This document shows, one piece after another, positions 7,578 through 16,230 of a stretch of DNA of 61,166 nucleotides (within the stretch, counting starts at the first letter, position 1; every line of letters begins with the position of its first letter). Below the pieces are notes generated by a model, which was not told where the DNA came from, did no database searches, and saw only the letters and a program-made list of their open reading frames with translations. This stretch comes from Patescibacteria group bacterium (GTDB taxonomy: Bacteria; Patescibacteriota; Minisyncoccia; JACQLN01), in assembly GCA_038065095.1 (NCBI GenBank), contig JBBTRR010000001.1, positions 179,546 through 240,711 of the forward strand, read 5' to 3'. The translations under genes were made by a program, and so were the position numbers.

Positions 7578-9803
7578 TTGATTATGTCTAATAACAAAAT
7601 TATATCTTGGATAATAAAAGTTGGTCTTTTGATCATTCCTGTTTTGCCTTTGGTTGTTATAACGTCACTTTATTTTCCTTTTATAACTGGACGCAATTTT
7701 ATTTTTAGAATTATAGTTGAAATCCTCTTTGTTTTATGGGTTTGGTTGATGATGAAGGATATAAGTTATAGGCCTCGTTCTTCGGTTATTTTATATAGCG
7801 CTATTGCTTGGATAGCTGTTTTATTTTTGGCTACAGTTTTTAGCGTGTCTCCATATAAAAGTTTTTGGTCAAGTTTTGAGCGGATGGAAGGGTTTTGGGG
7901 TTATTGGCATTATTTTATGTATTTCCTTATGCTTATTAGTGTTTTTAAAAAAGAAAAGGACTGGCACACTTTTTTTGGTGTATCTTTGGTAACAAGTTTA
8001 GTGATTGGTCTTTATTCAGTAATGCAAATGCTTGGTTTTCTGGATATTCACCAAGGTGATGATCGTATAGATGCTACGATGGGCAATGCCACTTATCTGG
8101 CTATTTATATTGTTTTTCATATTTTTCTCTTGGCGTGGTTGTTTTTTAGGTCTGAAGGTAAAAATATCTTTTTAAGATTAGGATTATTCGTATTAATCTT
8201 ATTTGAATCTTTTATCGTTTATAAAACAGCTACACGAGGCGCTATTCTCGGTTTGATCACTGGTTTATTTGTGGGATCTATTATTAATGTAATTTATAGT
8301 AAGGGTTTGACTCGAAAATTAGCCCTTGGAGGGCTTGGCGCAATAATATTTTTAGTAATAGGTTTTATTACAGTTAAAGATACTTCTTTTGTTAGAAGTA
8401 GTGATGTGTTAACTCGATTTGCCAGTATTTCTTTTAGCGAAACCACAACTCAATCTCGTTTTATTATTTGGGATATGGCTTATCAGGCATGGAAAGAAAA
8501 ATCTATTTTAGGCTGGGGTCCGGAGAATTTTGTTTATGTTTTTTCTAAATATTATAAATCAGAACTATGGCGTCAGGAACCTTGGTTTGACAGGGCACAC
8601 AATGTTTTTTTGGATTGGCTAATTTCTACAGGTGTTGTTGGTTTGTTAGCTTATTTAAGTATGTTTGCAACTGCAGTAATAACTGTGTGGAAGCTTTTTA
8701 AATCAAGAAAAATTACAGTCAAGCTTGCGACTGTAATTTTAGGAATGTTGGTGGCTTATTTTGTACATAATATGTTTGTTTTTGATAATTTCACTAGTTA
8801 TATGATTTTCTTTGCGGTCTTGGCATATCTGCATTATTTATATACTAGATCTGAAAGCATATCAGATAATCGTTCTTTAGGAACCGAAGATGTGCCTGAG
8901 GTTGCTAGATTTGCTATTACAATTATTACTGGAATTGCGGTAGCTTTTTCTTTATATTGGTTTAATGTTAAACCAATATTAGCTTCTCAAAGTATTATTG
9001 ATTCTTTGCAGTTATTAACTTATTCAAGAGATGGGAGTCGTACTCGCGATCTAGATATGGGTGTTAAGGCTATTGAGCGTGGCTTAGAGTATAATACTTT
9101 TGGTACTCAAGAAATTAGAGAACAATTAGCTCTTTACTCAGAAAAGATTAATGCCGATCCAGCCACTTCAGCCGAAGATAAGAAAAAAATTACAGAATTT
9201 GCTTTGGAGCAAATGAAGATTCAGACAGAAAATTTTCCTTATGATGTTAGAGCGTTGGCGTTTATATCAACTCTTTATAGTACAGCGGGTGATTATGCTA
9301 ATTCTATTCTCACTGCTAAAAAGGGTTTAGAGGTGTCTCTAAATAGGCAACAATTTTATTTTTTATTAGCTGAAGCTTATTTTAAAGCTGGAGAAGAAAA
9401 CTTAGCTTTGGACACTTTAAAAACCGTTTATGAAATTGTTCCAGAATATCCGGACGCTATCAATAACTACGCTATAATGTCTATATTTGCTGGTAAACCA
9501 GAAATTGCCGAGGCCTTGTTAAAAAAACATTTTGGAACTGAAGTTGTGGGCGATCCCAAATATGTGAATGCTTATGCGGCTATAGGTGATTTTAAAAAAG
9601 TAACCATAATTTGGGAAAAGTTAGTAGAAAATACTCCAAGTAATCCGCAGTACCGTTTGGGTTTAGCTTCTGCTTATGTAAAAACTTTTCAAGATAAAAA
9701 GGCTATAGAACAATTGGAAAAAGCTATAGAAATCAGCCCAAGTTTCAAAAATCAAGGAGAAATATATATCCAACAAATAAAGGCGGGTAAGTTAAAAAGA
9801 TAG
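7578..9803 (+). CDS. polytopic O-antigen ligase/polymerase-like (Wzy_C-type) membrane protein with C-terminal TPR repeats
   Basis: About 12 hydrophobic segments over the first ~460 aa are followed by TPR-like repeats (AEAYFKAGEENLAL, LGLASAYVKTFQDKKAIEQLEKAIEISP). The likely ATG start is at 7584. Confidence 0.65.
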   Translation: MIMSNNKIISWIIKVGLLIIPVLPLVVITSLYFPFITGRNFIFRIIVEILFVLWVWLMMKDISYRPRSSVILYSAIAWIAVLFLATVFSVSPYKSFWSSFERMEGFWGYWHYFMYFLMLISVFKKEKDWHTFFGVSLVTSLVIGLYSVMQMLGFLDIHQGDDRIDATMGNATYLAIYIVFHIFLLAWLFFRSEGKNIFLRLGLFVLILFESFIVYKTATRGAILGLITGLFVGSIINVIYSKGLTRKLALGGLGAIIFLVIGFITVKDTSFVRSSDVLTRFASISFSETTTQSRFIIWDMAYQAWKEKSILGWGPENFVYVFSKYYKSELWRQEPWFDRAHNVFLDWLISTGVVGLLAYLSMFATAVITVWKLFKSRKITVKLATVILGMLVAYFVHNMFVFDNFTSYMIFFAVLAYLHYLYTRSESISDNRSLGTEDVPEVARFAITIITGIAVAFSLYWFNVKPILASQSIIDSLQLLTYSRDGSRTRDLDMGVKAIERGLEYNTFGTQEIREQLALYSEKINADPATSAEDKKKITEFALEQMKIQTENFPYDVRALAFISTLYSTAGDYANSILTAKKGLEVSLNRQQFYFLLAEAYFKAGEENLALDTLKTVYEIVPEYPDAINNYAIMSIFAGKPEIAEALLKKHFGTEVVGDPKYVNAYAAIGDFKKVTIIWEKLVENTPSNPQYRLGLASAYVKTFQDKKAIEQLEKAIEISPSFKNQGEIYIQQIKAGKLKR

Positions 9804-9821
9804 TAGTAACTGATTTGCATT

Positions 9822-9852
9822 AAAAACTAGCGGAAAAACTCCGCTAGTTTTT
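9822..9852 (+). terminator. rho-independent terminator
   Basis: ACTAGCGG / CCGCTAGT stem followed by a T run. Confidence 0.75.
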
Positions 9853-9994
9853 ATGTGGATAACTTAAGCTTATGTATTTTAAAAATTTATAGTAGACTAT
9901 TAGTATTATTAAGTAATTATAACTTAACAGCCTGTACGAATGTTTCTTTAGAAACATATAGTAAGGTTTTTAAATAATAAAAATAATAAGTTTA

Positions 9995-10699
9995 ATGAGT
10001 AAAAATATGAAATCTTTTATTTCAAAACGGTACTTTTTAGCTACCGTCGTTTCTTCTTTGTTGTCTATCTTTACAGTCGCGGTAGTGGCTTATGGAGCAA
10101 CTATGACCATAAGTAGCACTGGTCTAGGCAGTGGTACTTCTACTCCGGGAGCGGCTTTAGGTGTTCAGGGTGCTGCCATAGTTGATGATTTTGTGTGGAC
10201 TGGTTGGTTGGTTGGTACATCAACTGCTCATGCTTCTGGTTTTGGTACGACTACTCCTGGTGCGGATTTTGCTGTAGCTGGTAGCGCTTTATTTGACGGA
10301 AAGGTTACGGGTGATTACTTTAACGCTACTTCAACCACAGCTACATCTTCAATTAGATGGAGTTTGACTGCTGCTACAAGTACTTTTCAGGTTGATGGTG
10401 TAACAGGCAGGGTTGTTATAGGTGCGACCACAACTTTGCCACAAAGCGGTGGTATGCTTCAGACAGGAGGTAATTCAGAGATAGGTTTGACTATTACTGG
10501 TACGGGTAATGCCGCCAATGCTACAGGTACTATATATGTGGCTGGTGCCGGAGCTAGTGGTGGTCAGCTAATAATAAAGTCCAGTGATGGCAATAATTGT
10601 GTTTCTATAATGGCTCAAACTGGTGCTGTTGATCCAGAAACTGCGGCTACTTTAGCAGCAAACTTACTTACTTTTAGAGTGGTTGCTTGCCCTAAATAA
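9995..10699 (+). CDS. secreted/anchored Gly-Thr-Ala-rich hypothetical protein
   Basis: N-terminal hydrophobic signal/anchor followed by low-complexity G/T/A-rich sequence. No recognisable domain. Confidence 0.5.
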   Translation: MSKNMKSFISKRYFLATVVSSLLSIFTVAVVAYGATMTISSTGLGSGTSTPGAALGVQGAAIVDDFVWTGWLVGTSTAHASGFGTTTPGADFAVAGSALFDGKVTGDYFNATSTTATSSIRWSLTAATSTFQVDGVTGRVVIGATTTLPQSGGMLQTGGNSEIGLTITGTGNAANATGTIYVAGAGASGGQLIIKSSDGNNCVSIMAQTGAVDPETAATLAANLLTFRVVACPK

Positions 10700-10734
10700 T
10701 TACAAGCTCTTATTAATTTAATTTTTTATTACTT

Positions 10735-12195
10735 ATGAAACAACTTAGTTTGTTGGTTCTTATGAGCTTGTTTTTGCCCACGGTGGTATTGGGTGCTTAT
10801 AATGATGTTAGCTTGACCACAGGCACAACGCTTCAGGTAACTGTGGGTGGAACTGCGCTTGGTCTTACTGTTACCAATGGCACTGTAGAAAAAGTGGTTG
10901 TTGAAGGTAGTACTTTAGGTATAACTTTGGCAGGTGGTTCATCCATTGACCTTACTTCGGCTGACAAATATACTTTTTCCTATGCTAAAAGCAATGCCAT
11001 CGTTGGAGAAACATGTGGTAGCTCGTCTTCATCGTTGGGTATTTCTTTAGCGGCGGGCCAAACTACAGAAACTGTATCGGTAAGTCCTACTACAACGATT
11101 TGTCAGACTTCCGCTTCGGGTAGTGGATCGTCTTCGTCTAGTTCCGATAGTTCTTCATCCAGCAGTTCTAGCTCATCTTCTACGTCTAGTTCGTCATCAT
11201 CTGCCTCTACTCCAAGCACGACTACAACCACTTCAACCACAGCTTCAACGCCAGCAGCTACTACTGCTTCTGTTCCAGCTAAAGTTGCTGTAGCTCCTCC
11301 AGTTGTGACTGCGGTTTCTGCTCCATCGGCATCTGTTTCGTATGCACCGTCTGTTATGGTTAACTCCGAACTAAACCCTGGCGCTCGCAACGACGAAGTT
11401 ATGGATTTGCAAAAGCTTCTTGCCAAGGATCCAGAAATTTATCCAGAAGGAACAGTATCTGGTTTCTATGGTCCTAAGACCACAGCCGCTGTAAAGAAAT
11501 TCCAAGCCAAATATGGTTTGCCTACCGTAGGTAGAGTAGGCCCTGCTACAATGGCTAAATTGAATGAAGTGTTGGGGTCCCAGACTTCTAGTACAGTTAC
11601 TTCTACGACAGATCAAACAGCTGAACAAATACAAAACCAAATACAAACTATACAAGCACAAATTCAAGGAATAACTTCCGGAGGATCGGTTAGTGGAGTT
11701 TCGGTTAACTCCGAACTAAACCCCGGCGCTCGCAACGACGAAGTTATGGATTTGCAAAAGCTTCTTGCCAAGGATCCAGAAATTTATCCAGAAGGAACAG
11801 TATCTGGTTTCTATGGTCCTAAGACCACAGCCGCTGTAAAGAAATTCCAAGCCAAATATGGTTTGCCTACCGTAGGTAGAGTAGGCCCTGCTACAATAGC
11901 TAAATTGAATGAAGTGTTGGGGGTTTCTGTGGCTATGCCAACGGTTCCCGAAGCACCTTCTTATACAGCTCCAACAGTTAATTCGTCTACAGATGCCACC
12001 AAGCAAATAGAAGATCAGATCAAAGCTATTCAAGATCAAATTAAGGTTTTGACTGCTCCTGTTGCTGCCCCTGTCAAACCAGTAGCTTCTCCTTCGGTGG
12101 TTCCATCGACGACTTCATCATCGGATATAGCTAAGCAGGTTGAGGATCAGATAAAAGCCATACAAGCACAAATAGACGCATTGTTAAAACAGTAG
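10735..12195 (+). CDS. secreted protein with poly-Ser/Thr linker and two peptidoglycan-binding (PG_binding_1-like) domains
   Basis: It has a signal peptide and a long S/T tract. The module DEVMDLQKLLAKDPEIYPEGTVSGFYGPKTTAAVKKFQAKYGLPTVGRVGPAT occurs twice. QIxxQIKAIQ coiled segments are also present. Confidence 0.7.
   Translation: MKQLSLLVLMSLFLPTVVLGAYNDVSLTTGTTLQVTVGGTALGLTVTNGTVEKVVVEGSTLGITLAGGSSIDLTSADKYTFSYAKSNAIVGETCGSSSSSLGISLAAGQTTETVSVSPTTTICQTSASGSGSSSSSSDSSSSSSSSSSSTSSSSSSASTPSTTTTTSTTASTPAATTASVPAKVAVAPPVVTAVSAPSASVSYAPSVMVNSELNPGARNDEVMDLQKLLAKDPEIYPEGTVSGFYGPKTTAAVKKFQAKYGLPTVGRVGPATMAKLNEVLGSQTSSTVTSTTDQTAEQIQNQIQTIQAQIQGITSGGSVSGVSVNSELNPGARNDEVMDLQKLLAKDPEIYPEGTVSGFYGPKTTAAVKKFQAKYGLPTVGRVGPATIAKLNEVLGVSVAMPTVPEAPSYTAPTVNSSTDATKQIEDQIKAIQDQIKVLTAPVAAPVKPVASPSVVPSTTSSSDIAKQVEDQIKAIQAQIDALLKQ
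11358..11922 (+). repeat. intragenic direct duplication (11358-11577 and 11703-11922)
   Basis: Two 220-bp copies, 345 bp apart, differ at 2 positions in my manual comparison. Confidence 0.85.
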
Positions 12196-12207
12196 GGAAT
12201 CAAAGAC

Positions 12208-12238
12208 AAACCCCTCCGGCCAAAGTCGGAGGGGTTTT
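12208..12238 (+). terminator. rho-independent terminator
   Basis: CCCCTCCG / CGGAGGGG stem followed by TTTT. Confidence 0.8.
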
Positions 12239-12293
12239 AGGTTACTTCCAGCCTAAATTATGGTTATATATTATATACAAAACAATCAAATTT

Positions 12294-12426
12294 ATGGCAG
12301 AAACAAAGGTAATAATTATAGGTGGCGCTGGTTTTATAGGTTCACATCATACTAAAAATTATTAATTTGAGTTCAAAAATAGACTTAAAGAAAGGTTTAG
12401 GAGAACTTAAAGAGTTTTACCTTTAA
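12294..12426 (+). pseudogene. relic of an NAD-dependent epimerase gene (N- and C-terminal stubs only)
   Basis: MAETKVIIIGGAGFIGSHH (Rossmann GxxGxxG) runs into a stop at 12363. A different frame then reads ...KKGLGELKEFYL*, an epimerase-like C-terminus. Confidence 0.5.
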
Positions 12427-12428
12427 AT

Positions 12429-13763
12429 ATGCCCGCTCAAGCCAAAAAAATATTAATTTTATTTGGGGATATAATAATTCTTTATTTATCTTTATTTATT
12501 ACTGTATATATTAGATATAGTAATATTTCGCCAGAACATACAAATTTTTCTACATATGATTTTTTTGCCATTCATACCAGAGTCTTTACCCCCCTTATTT
12601 TAATTTGGCTTGGTATTTTTTATGTACACAATCTTTACGAAATTACTTCAGCCAAAAATAATTTAGAGTTTTATAGCGCCTTATCCAGATCGCTTATTGT
12701 TAATTTTTTTGTAGCAGTTTTGTTTTTTTATTTTGCCAGCTTTACCTATGTTGCTCCAAAAACAAACCTATTTATATATTTTGGAATATTTTCTTTAATT
12801 TTTACTTTATGGCGTGGACAGGTGAATGTAATTTTTAAGAAAAATTTATTATTGAAAACTTTTATAATTTCCAATGATGAAGCTGGTTCAAAATTGGCTT
12901 CTAAATTAAACCAAAACCCCCAAATAGGCTATAAAGTAGAAGCGGTCATAGATCCGGAAAACGGTATTTCAAAATTTCTAAAAGAAAAAAATATAGGAGC
13001 TTTGATAGTTGACGATAGGTTATTTAACCAAGAATCTTTGGCAGCTTCTCTTTATACTCTTATAGATAGAGTAGAGGTTATTACCTTAGACAAGTTTAAT
13101 GAAAGAGTTTGGCGAAAAATAAATTTAAATAATATTAACCATATTTGGTTTTTAAGCAATATTGCTTCAGGTAAAAGATCTTTTTATGAATCATTTAAAA
13201 GGTTTTTTGATTTTATTTTAAGTTTTATATTAGTTCCCATTCTTTTTCCCTTGGGTTTGTTAATAGCTTTGATTATTAAAATTGAAGGCGGGGGGCCAGT
13301 ATTTTATAGACAAATTAGGGTGGGTCACAAAGGCAAAACATTTAATCTAATTAAACTTAGAACCATGCGTATAGATGCCGAAAAAAATGGCGCACAATGG
13401 ACTATCGAAAATGATAAGAGAGTAACTAAGGTTGGACGGTTTTTAAGAAAAACACGTTTAGATGAATTACCTCAGCTTATAAACATATTAAAAGGGGAAA
13501 TGTCTTTTGTGGGGCCACGAGCTGAACGGCCAGAGTTTCATCAGCTTTTAGTTAAAGAGATACCTTTTTATGATCGTAGATATTTGGTAAAACCTGGTTT
13601 AACCGGTTGGGCTCAAATAAATTACACTTATGGTTCTTCGGTAGAAGACACTAAAGAAAAACTTTCCTACGATTTCTATTATTTAAAGAATCGTTCGTTA
13701 GTATTTGATATAGGTATTATTCTAAAGACTGCCAATATAGTTTTGGCTGGGTTGGGTAGGTAA
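12429..13763 (+). CDS. polyprenyl-phosphate glycosyl-1-phosphate transferase (bacterial sugar transferase, WbaP/WcaJ-like)
   Basis: N-terminal TM segments are followed by the C-terminal catalytic domain motifs LRKTRLDELPQLINILKGEMSFVGPR and GLTGWAQ. Confidence 0.85.
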   Translation: MPAQAKKILILFGDIIILYLSLFITVYIRYSNISPEHTNFSTYDFFAIHTRVFTPLILIWLGIFYVHNLYEITSAKNNLEFYSALSRSLIVNFFVAVLFFYFASFTYVAPKTNLFIYFGIFSLIFTLWRGQVNVIFKKNLLLKTFIISNDEAGSKLASKLNQNPQIGYKVEAVIDPENGISKFLKEKNIGALIVDDRLFNQESLAASLYTLIDRVEVITLDKFNERVWRKINLNNINHIWFLSNIASGKRSFYESFKRFFDFILSFILVPILFPLGLLIALIIKIEGGGPVFYRQIRVGHKGKTFNLIKLRTMRIDAEKNGAQWTIENDKRVTKVGRFLRKTRLDELPQLINILKGEMSFVGPRAERPEFHQLLVKEIPFYDRRYLVKPGLTGWAQINYTYGSSVEDTKEKLSYDFYYLKNRSLVFDIGIILKTANIVLAGLGR

Positions 13764-13772
13764 TATGGCTAG

Positions 13773-13869
13773 CCCCGTTTGAAGCAGATATTGTTTTCTT
13801 TAGGAGTTTATTAAATATGTACAGGTGTACTTGTTAGTTATTATGCTTTCAAATAAGTTTCTAACGGGG
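13773..13869. repeat. CCCCGTT(A/T)GA ... TCTAACGGGG inverted-repeat element, copy 1
   Basis: CCCCGTTTGAAGC and GTTTCTAACGGGG flank an AT-rich core. The right arm abuts TATAAT at 13870-13875. Confidence 0.6.
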
Positions 13870-13925
13870 TATAATACAAGCATATAAAAAGGTCTTTATT
13901 AGTAACTTTAAATATTGAACTTTAA

Positions 13926-14150
13926 ATGAAAACTCTTCATCGTATCGCCTTTATACTTCTTATTGTTGGAGGCTTAAATTGGCTTTTGGTAGGTGTATGG
14001 GGTTGGGACATTAGTCGCTGGTTAGGTGGTATGGATTCAACCCTAGCTAAAGCCGTCTACATATTGGTTGGTCTTTCGGCTGTTTTAGAATTGGTTTCGC
14101 ATTCTAAGAGTTGCAAAATGTGCAAAAAGGATGGTATGGGCTCAATGTAA
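13926..14150 (+). CDS. DUF378-type small membrane protein
   Basis: AFILLIVGGLNWLLVG motif and two TM helices in 74 aa. Confidence 0.65.
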   Translation: MKTLHRIAFILLIVGGLNWLLVGVWGWDISRWLGGMDSTLAKAVYILVGLSAVLELVSHSKSCKMCKKDGMGSM

Positions 14151-14166
14151 TCTTTAAGTCTGCAAT

Positions 14167-14201
14167 AAAAAACTCCCCTGATATCTATCGGGGGAGTTTT
14201 T
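14167..14201. terminator. bidirectional terminator between convergent genes
   Basis: AAAAACTCCCC...GGGGAGTTTTT hairpin with an A run before and a T run after. Confidence 0.8.
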
Positions 14202-14203
14202 GT

Positions 14204-15175
14204 TTAAGAGGAAATTATTTTTTTAAATTTTTCCACCAAAGGCACTTGGTCTGGATCATTGCCGTAATATTCGGCCAGATTAAAACTTATATAATCTGCC
14301 AGTAATAAAGAATTAAAAATATTTTCTGTTTTTGTATCTCCGTAAAATGGCAGAATATCTACTTCAAAACTTTGTTGTTCCAAAATACTTTTTGTAGCGT
14401 CTATTCTTTTTAAAATTTTTCCCCCATCAGTTTTATCTTGCAAAAAAATAAAGTGAAATTTTTCCATTAAATTTTGAGTGGCACTATTAGAATCAAAACC
14501 AGTCATTTCGTTATGATTAAGCTCGGGGAACATATTAAAGAAAGCGGGTATTTTAGAAGTTTCGTTAAATTTTATTTTCCATATTTTAGCAATGGCTTTA
14601 TTCTTTAAAGAGGAATAAATTATAGGAATTTTATTTTGTAACTTTTTGGAAATAACTTCGGCTTTATTTTTTATAGAATTTAAATCTAGTTTGTTCGCTA
14701 AAGCATCAGATTCGCCTAATGTACTTGTTTCATCTAAAAGTTTTAGTATTGCTCTAAAGCTATAACCCAAGGCCAAACGTGGCTGAATATCTTCATCGGG
14801 TATTTTTATATAAGCGATATTATTTTTTATAGCTAAGTCTAAAAGCTCGCTTCCAGTAGTAATTATAGCCAGCGCTAAATCTTGTTTAAATGCAATATTA
14901 AAAGAATCTATAATTTCTTCGGTGTTGCCAGAATAAGAACTTAGAATAACCAAACTATTTTTTAAAAAATCTTTTGAAACTTCGGGTAACCCATAATTGC
15001 TATGTATTATCAAAGGTAGACTAGGCAAACATGTTTTCACCAAATCTGCTCCAAGGTGCGAACCACCCATACCAACAACTATAGTATTTTCTTTTTTGGC
15101 TAAATTATCTGCATTAACAACTTCTGGTTCCCAAGAAAATTGTTTAGGAAAATCGTTAAGAGTTTGAATAAACAT
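14204..15175 (-). CDS. bifunctional phosphoglucose/phosphomannose isomerase (SIS domain)
   Basis: VVGMGGSHLGADL and SYSGNTEE SIS motifs. The ~320-aa length fits PGI/PMI-type enzymes. Confidence 0.75.
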   Translation of the reverse strand: MFIQTLNDFPKQFSWEPEVVNADNLAKKENTIVVGMGGSHLGADLVKTCLPSLPLIIHSNYGLPEVSKDFLKNSLVILSSYSGNTEEIIDSFNIAFKQDLALAIITTGSELLDLAIKNNIAYIKIPDEDIQPRLALGYSFRAILKLLDETSTLGESDALANKLDLNSIKNKAEVISKKLQNKIPIIYSSLKNKAIAKIWKIKFNETSKIPAFFNMFPELNHNEMTGFDSNSATQNLMEKFHFIFLQDKTDGGKILKRIDATKSILEQQSFEVDILPFYGDTKTENIFNSLLLADYISFNLAEYYGNDPDQVPLVEKFKKIISS

Positions 15176-15270
15176 ATACTAACCATATTAACAGCTTTTT
15201 AAATTCTTTATTAGTGTTTCTTTGTTGATATTGCCATAGTTATATTTTATATATATAGTAATAAACGTAT

Positions 15271-15768
15271 ATGAAAAAATTTAATTATAGTTATCCTTTA
15301 TTAACCCTGTTTATTGGCTTGGTACTATTAGGTCTTTATTTTGGCGTTGTTAAGCTAAGAGAATGGGCTAATCCAACGCCTAATTTGGCCATAGCCAATG
15401 TGGTGCCACTTGTTAGGGCTATAGATCAAAAACCATACAAAGATGATGTCATAATTGAAAATAGGATATATGTAGACAAAGCTACTTTAGAATGGCCGGG
15501 GTTTATAGCTATATATGAAGATATTTATAACAAATACGATACATTGGTTGGCACTAGTCGTTTTTTAGAAGCGGGAACACACACTTATGTTCCAGTAGAC
15601 CTCGTTAAAGAATATAAGTCGGGTCAATTGCTTTATGTTGTTTTACATAAAGACAATGGCGATGCTATTTATAATTTGGTTCAAGATTATTCAGTTAAAG
15701 ATAAGCGTGGTTTTGATGTAGCCGATAGTTTTTTGATTCGCGATGGCGGTTTTGGACATGGTAAATAA
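15271..15768 (+). CDS. membrane-anchored hypothetical protein
   Basis: One N-terminal TM helix; no recognisable domain. Confidence 0.45.
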   Translation: MKKFNYSYPLLTLFIGLVLLGLYFGVVKLREWANPTPNLAIANVVPLVRAIDQKPYKDDVIIENRIYVDKATLEWPGFIAIYEDIYNKYDTLVGTSRFLEAGTHTYVPVDLVKEYKSGQLLYVVLHKDNGDAIYNLVQDYSVKDKRGFDVADSFLIRDGGFGHGK

Positions 15769-15791
15769 TTCTATCGAAGTTTAACTTCAAA

Positions 15792-15829
15792 AATAGCACG
15801 AGCTTACGATCGTAAGCTCGTGCTATTTT
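15792..15829. repeat. CGATCG-centred perfect palindrome P2
   Basis: AATAGCACGAGCTTACGATCGTAAGCTCGTGCTATT. The arms match P1 except for a compensated A/T swap on both arms. Confidence 0.9.
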
Positions 15830-15846
15830 ATTTAGATGGTTTAACT

Positions 15847-15922
15847 TGGTCGGGTTGCGGGGAATCGAACCCCGTCTGCCCCAGCCTCGCGTACTGTCGT
15901 TATACGACAGTACGTATCGAGG
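15847..15922 (-). other. tRNA-like 3' fragment (T-arm + acceptor 3' strand + CCA) preceded by a long hairpin
   Basis: The minus strand reads ...CGGGGTTCGATTCCCCG-CAACCCG-A-CCA. No complementary 5' acceptor strand (CGGGTTG) lies within about 150 nt. Confidence 0.4.
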
Positions 15923-15931
15923 TTTGTTTTA

Positions 15932-16150
15932 TTACTTATATAACTTCGGAGTGATTTCTCTAAAATAATTTGAATTTTTTTGAGAAGCTTTTATACAGCT
16001 GGCACAGGCTTTTATCCTTTTACCTAAGCCGATTTTGACCCATTGCAAATTTGGGTGCTGTTTTTGCTTTACGGTTGGATTATAATGACCACGTAGCAAT
16101 ACGCGTTTTATTCTGAATCCGCTTGTTTTTTTACATGTTTGGCAAACCAT
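15932..16150 (-). CDS. rpmB: 50S ribosomal protein L28
   Basis: MVCQTCKK...RGHYNPTVKQKQHPNLQWV resembles the L28 core (xCxxxGK...PNLQ). Confidence 0.75.
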   Translation of the reverse strand: MVCQTCKKTSGFRIKRVLLRGHYNPTVKQKQHPNLQWVKIGLGKRIKACASCIKASQKNSNYFREITPKLYK

Positions 16151-16230
16151 ATAATTAAATTAAAAAATTAAAAATCAAATCTCAAAATTATGGTAGAATT
16201 GATAAAACCTAATTTAACACATATATTAAA

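Noticed and set aside
11103-12039. Minus-strand ORFs 11103..11426, 11371..11667 and 11716..12039
   Set aside because: They are antisense to the PG-binding protein gene. Two of them merely mirror the internal duplication.
14111-14305. ORF 14111..14305 (+)
   Set aside because: It spans the bidirectional terminator and runs antisense into the 3' end of the isomerase gene.
15847-15922. Annotating a complete tRNA gene
   Set aside because: The 72 nt upstream of the discriminator do not supply a pairing 5' acceptor strand or a D-arm. Only the 3' third looks tRNA-like.
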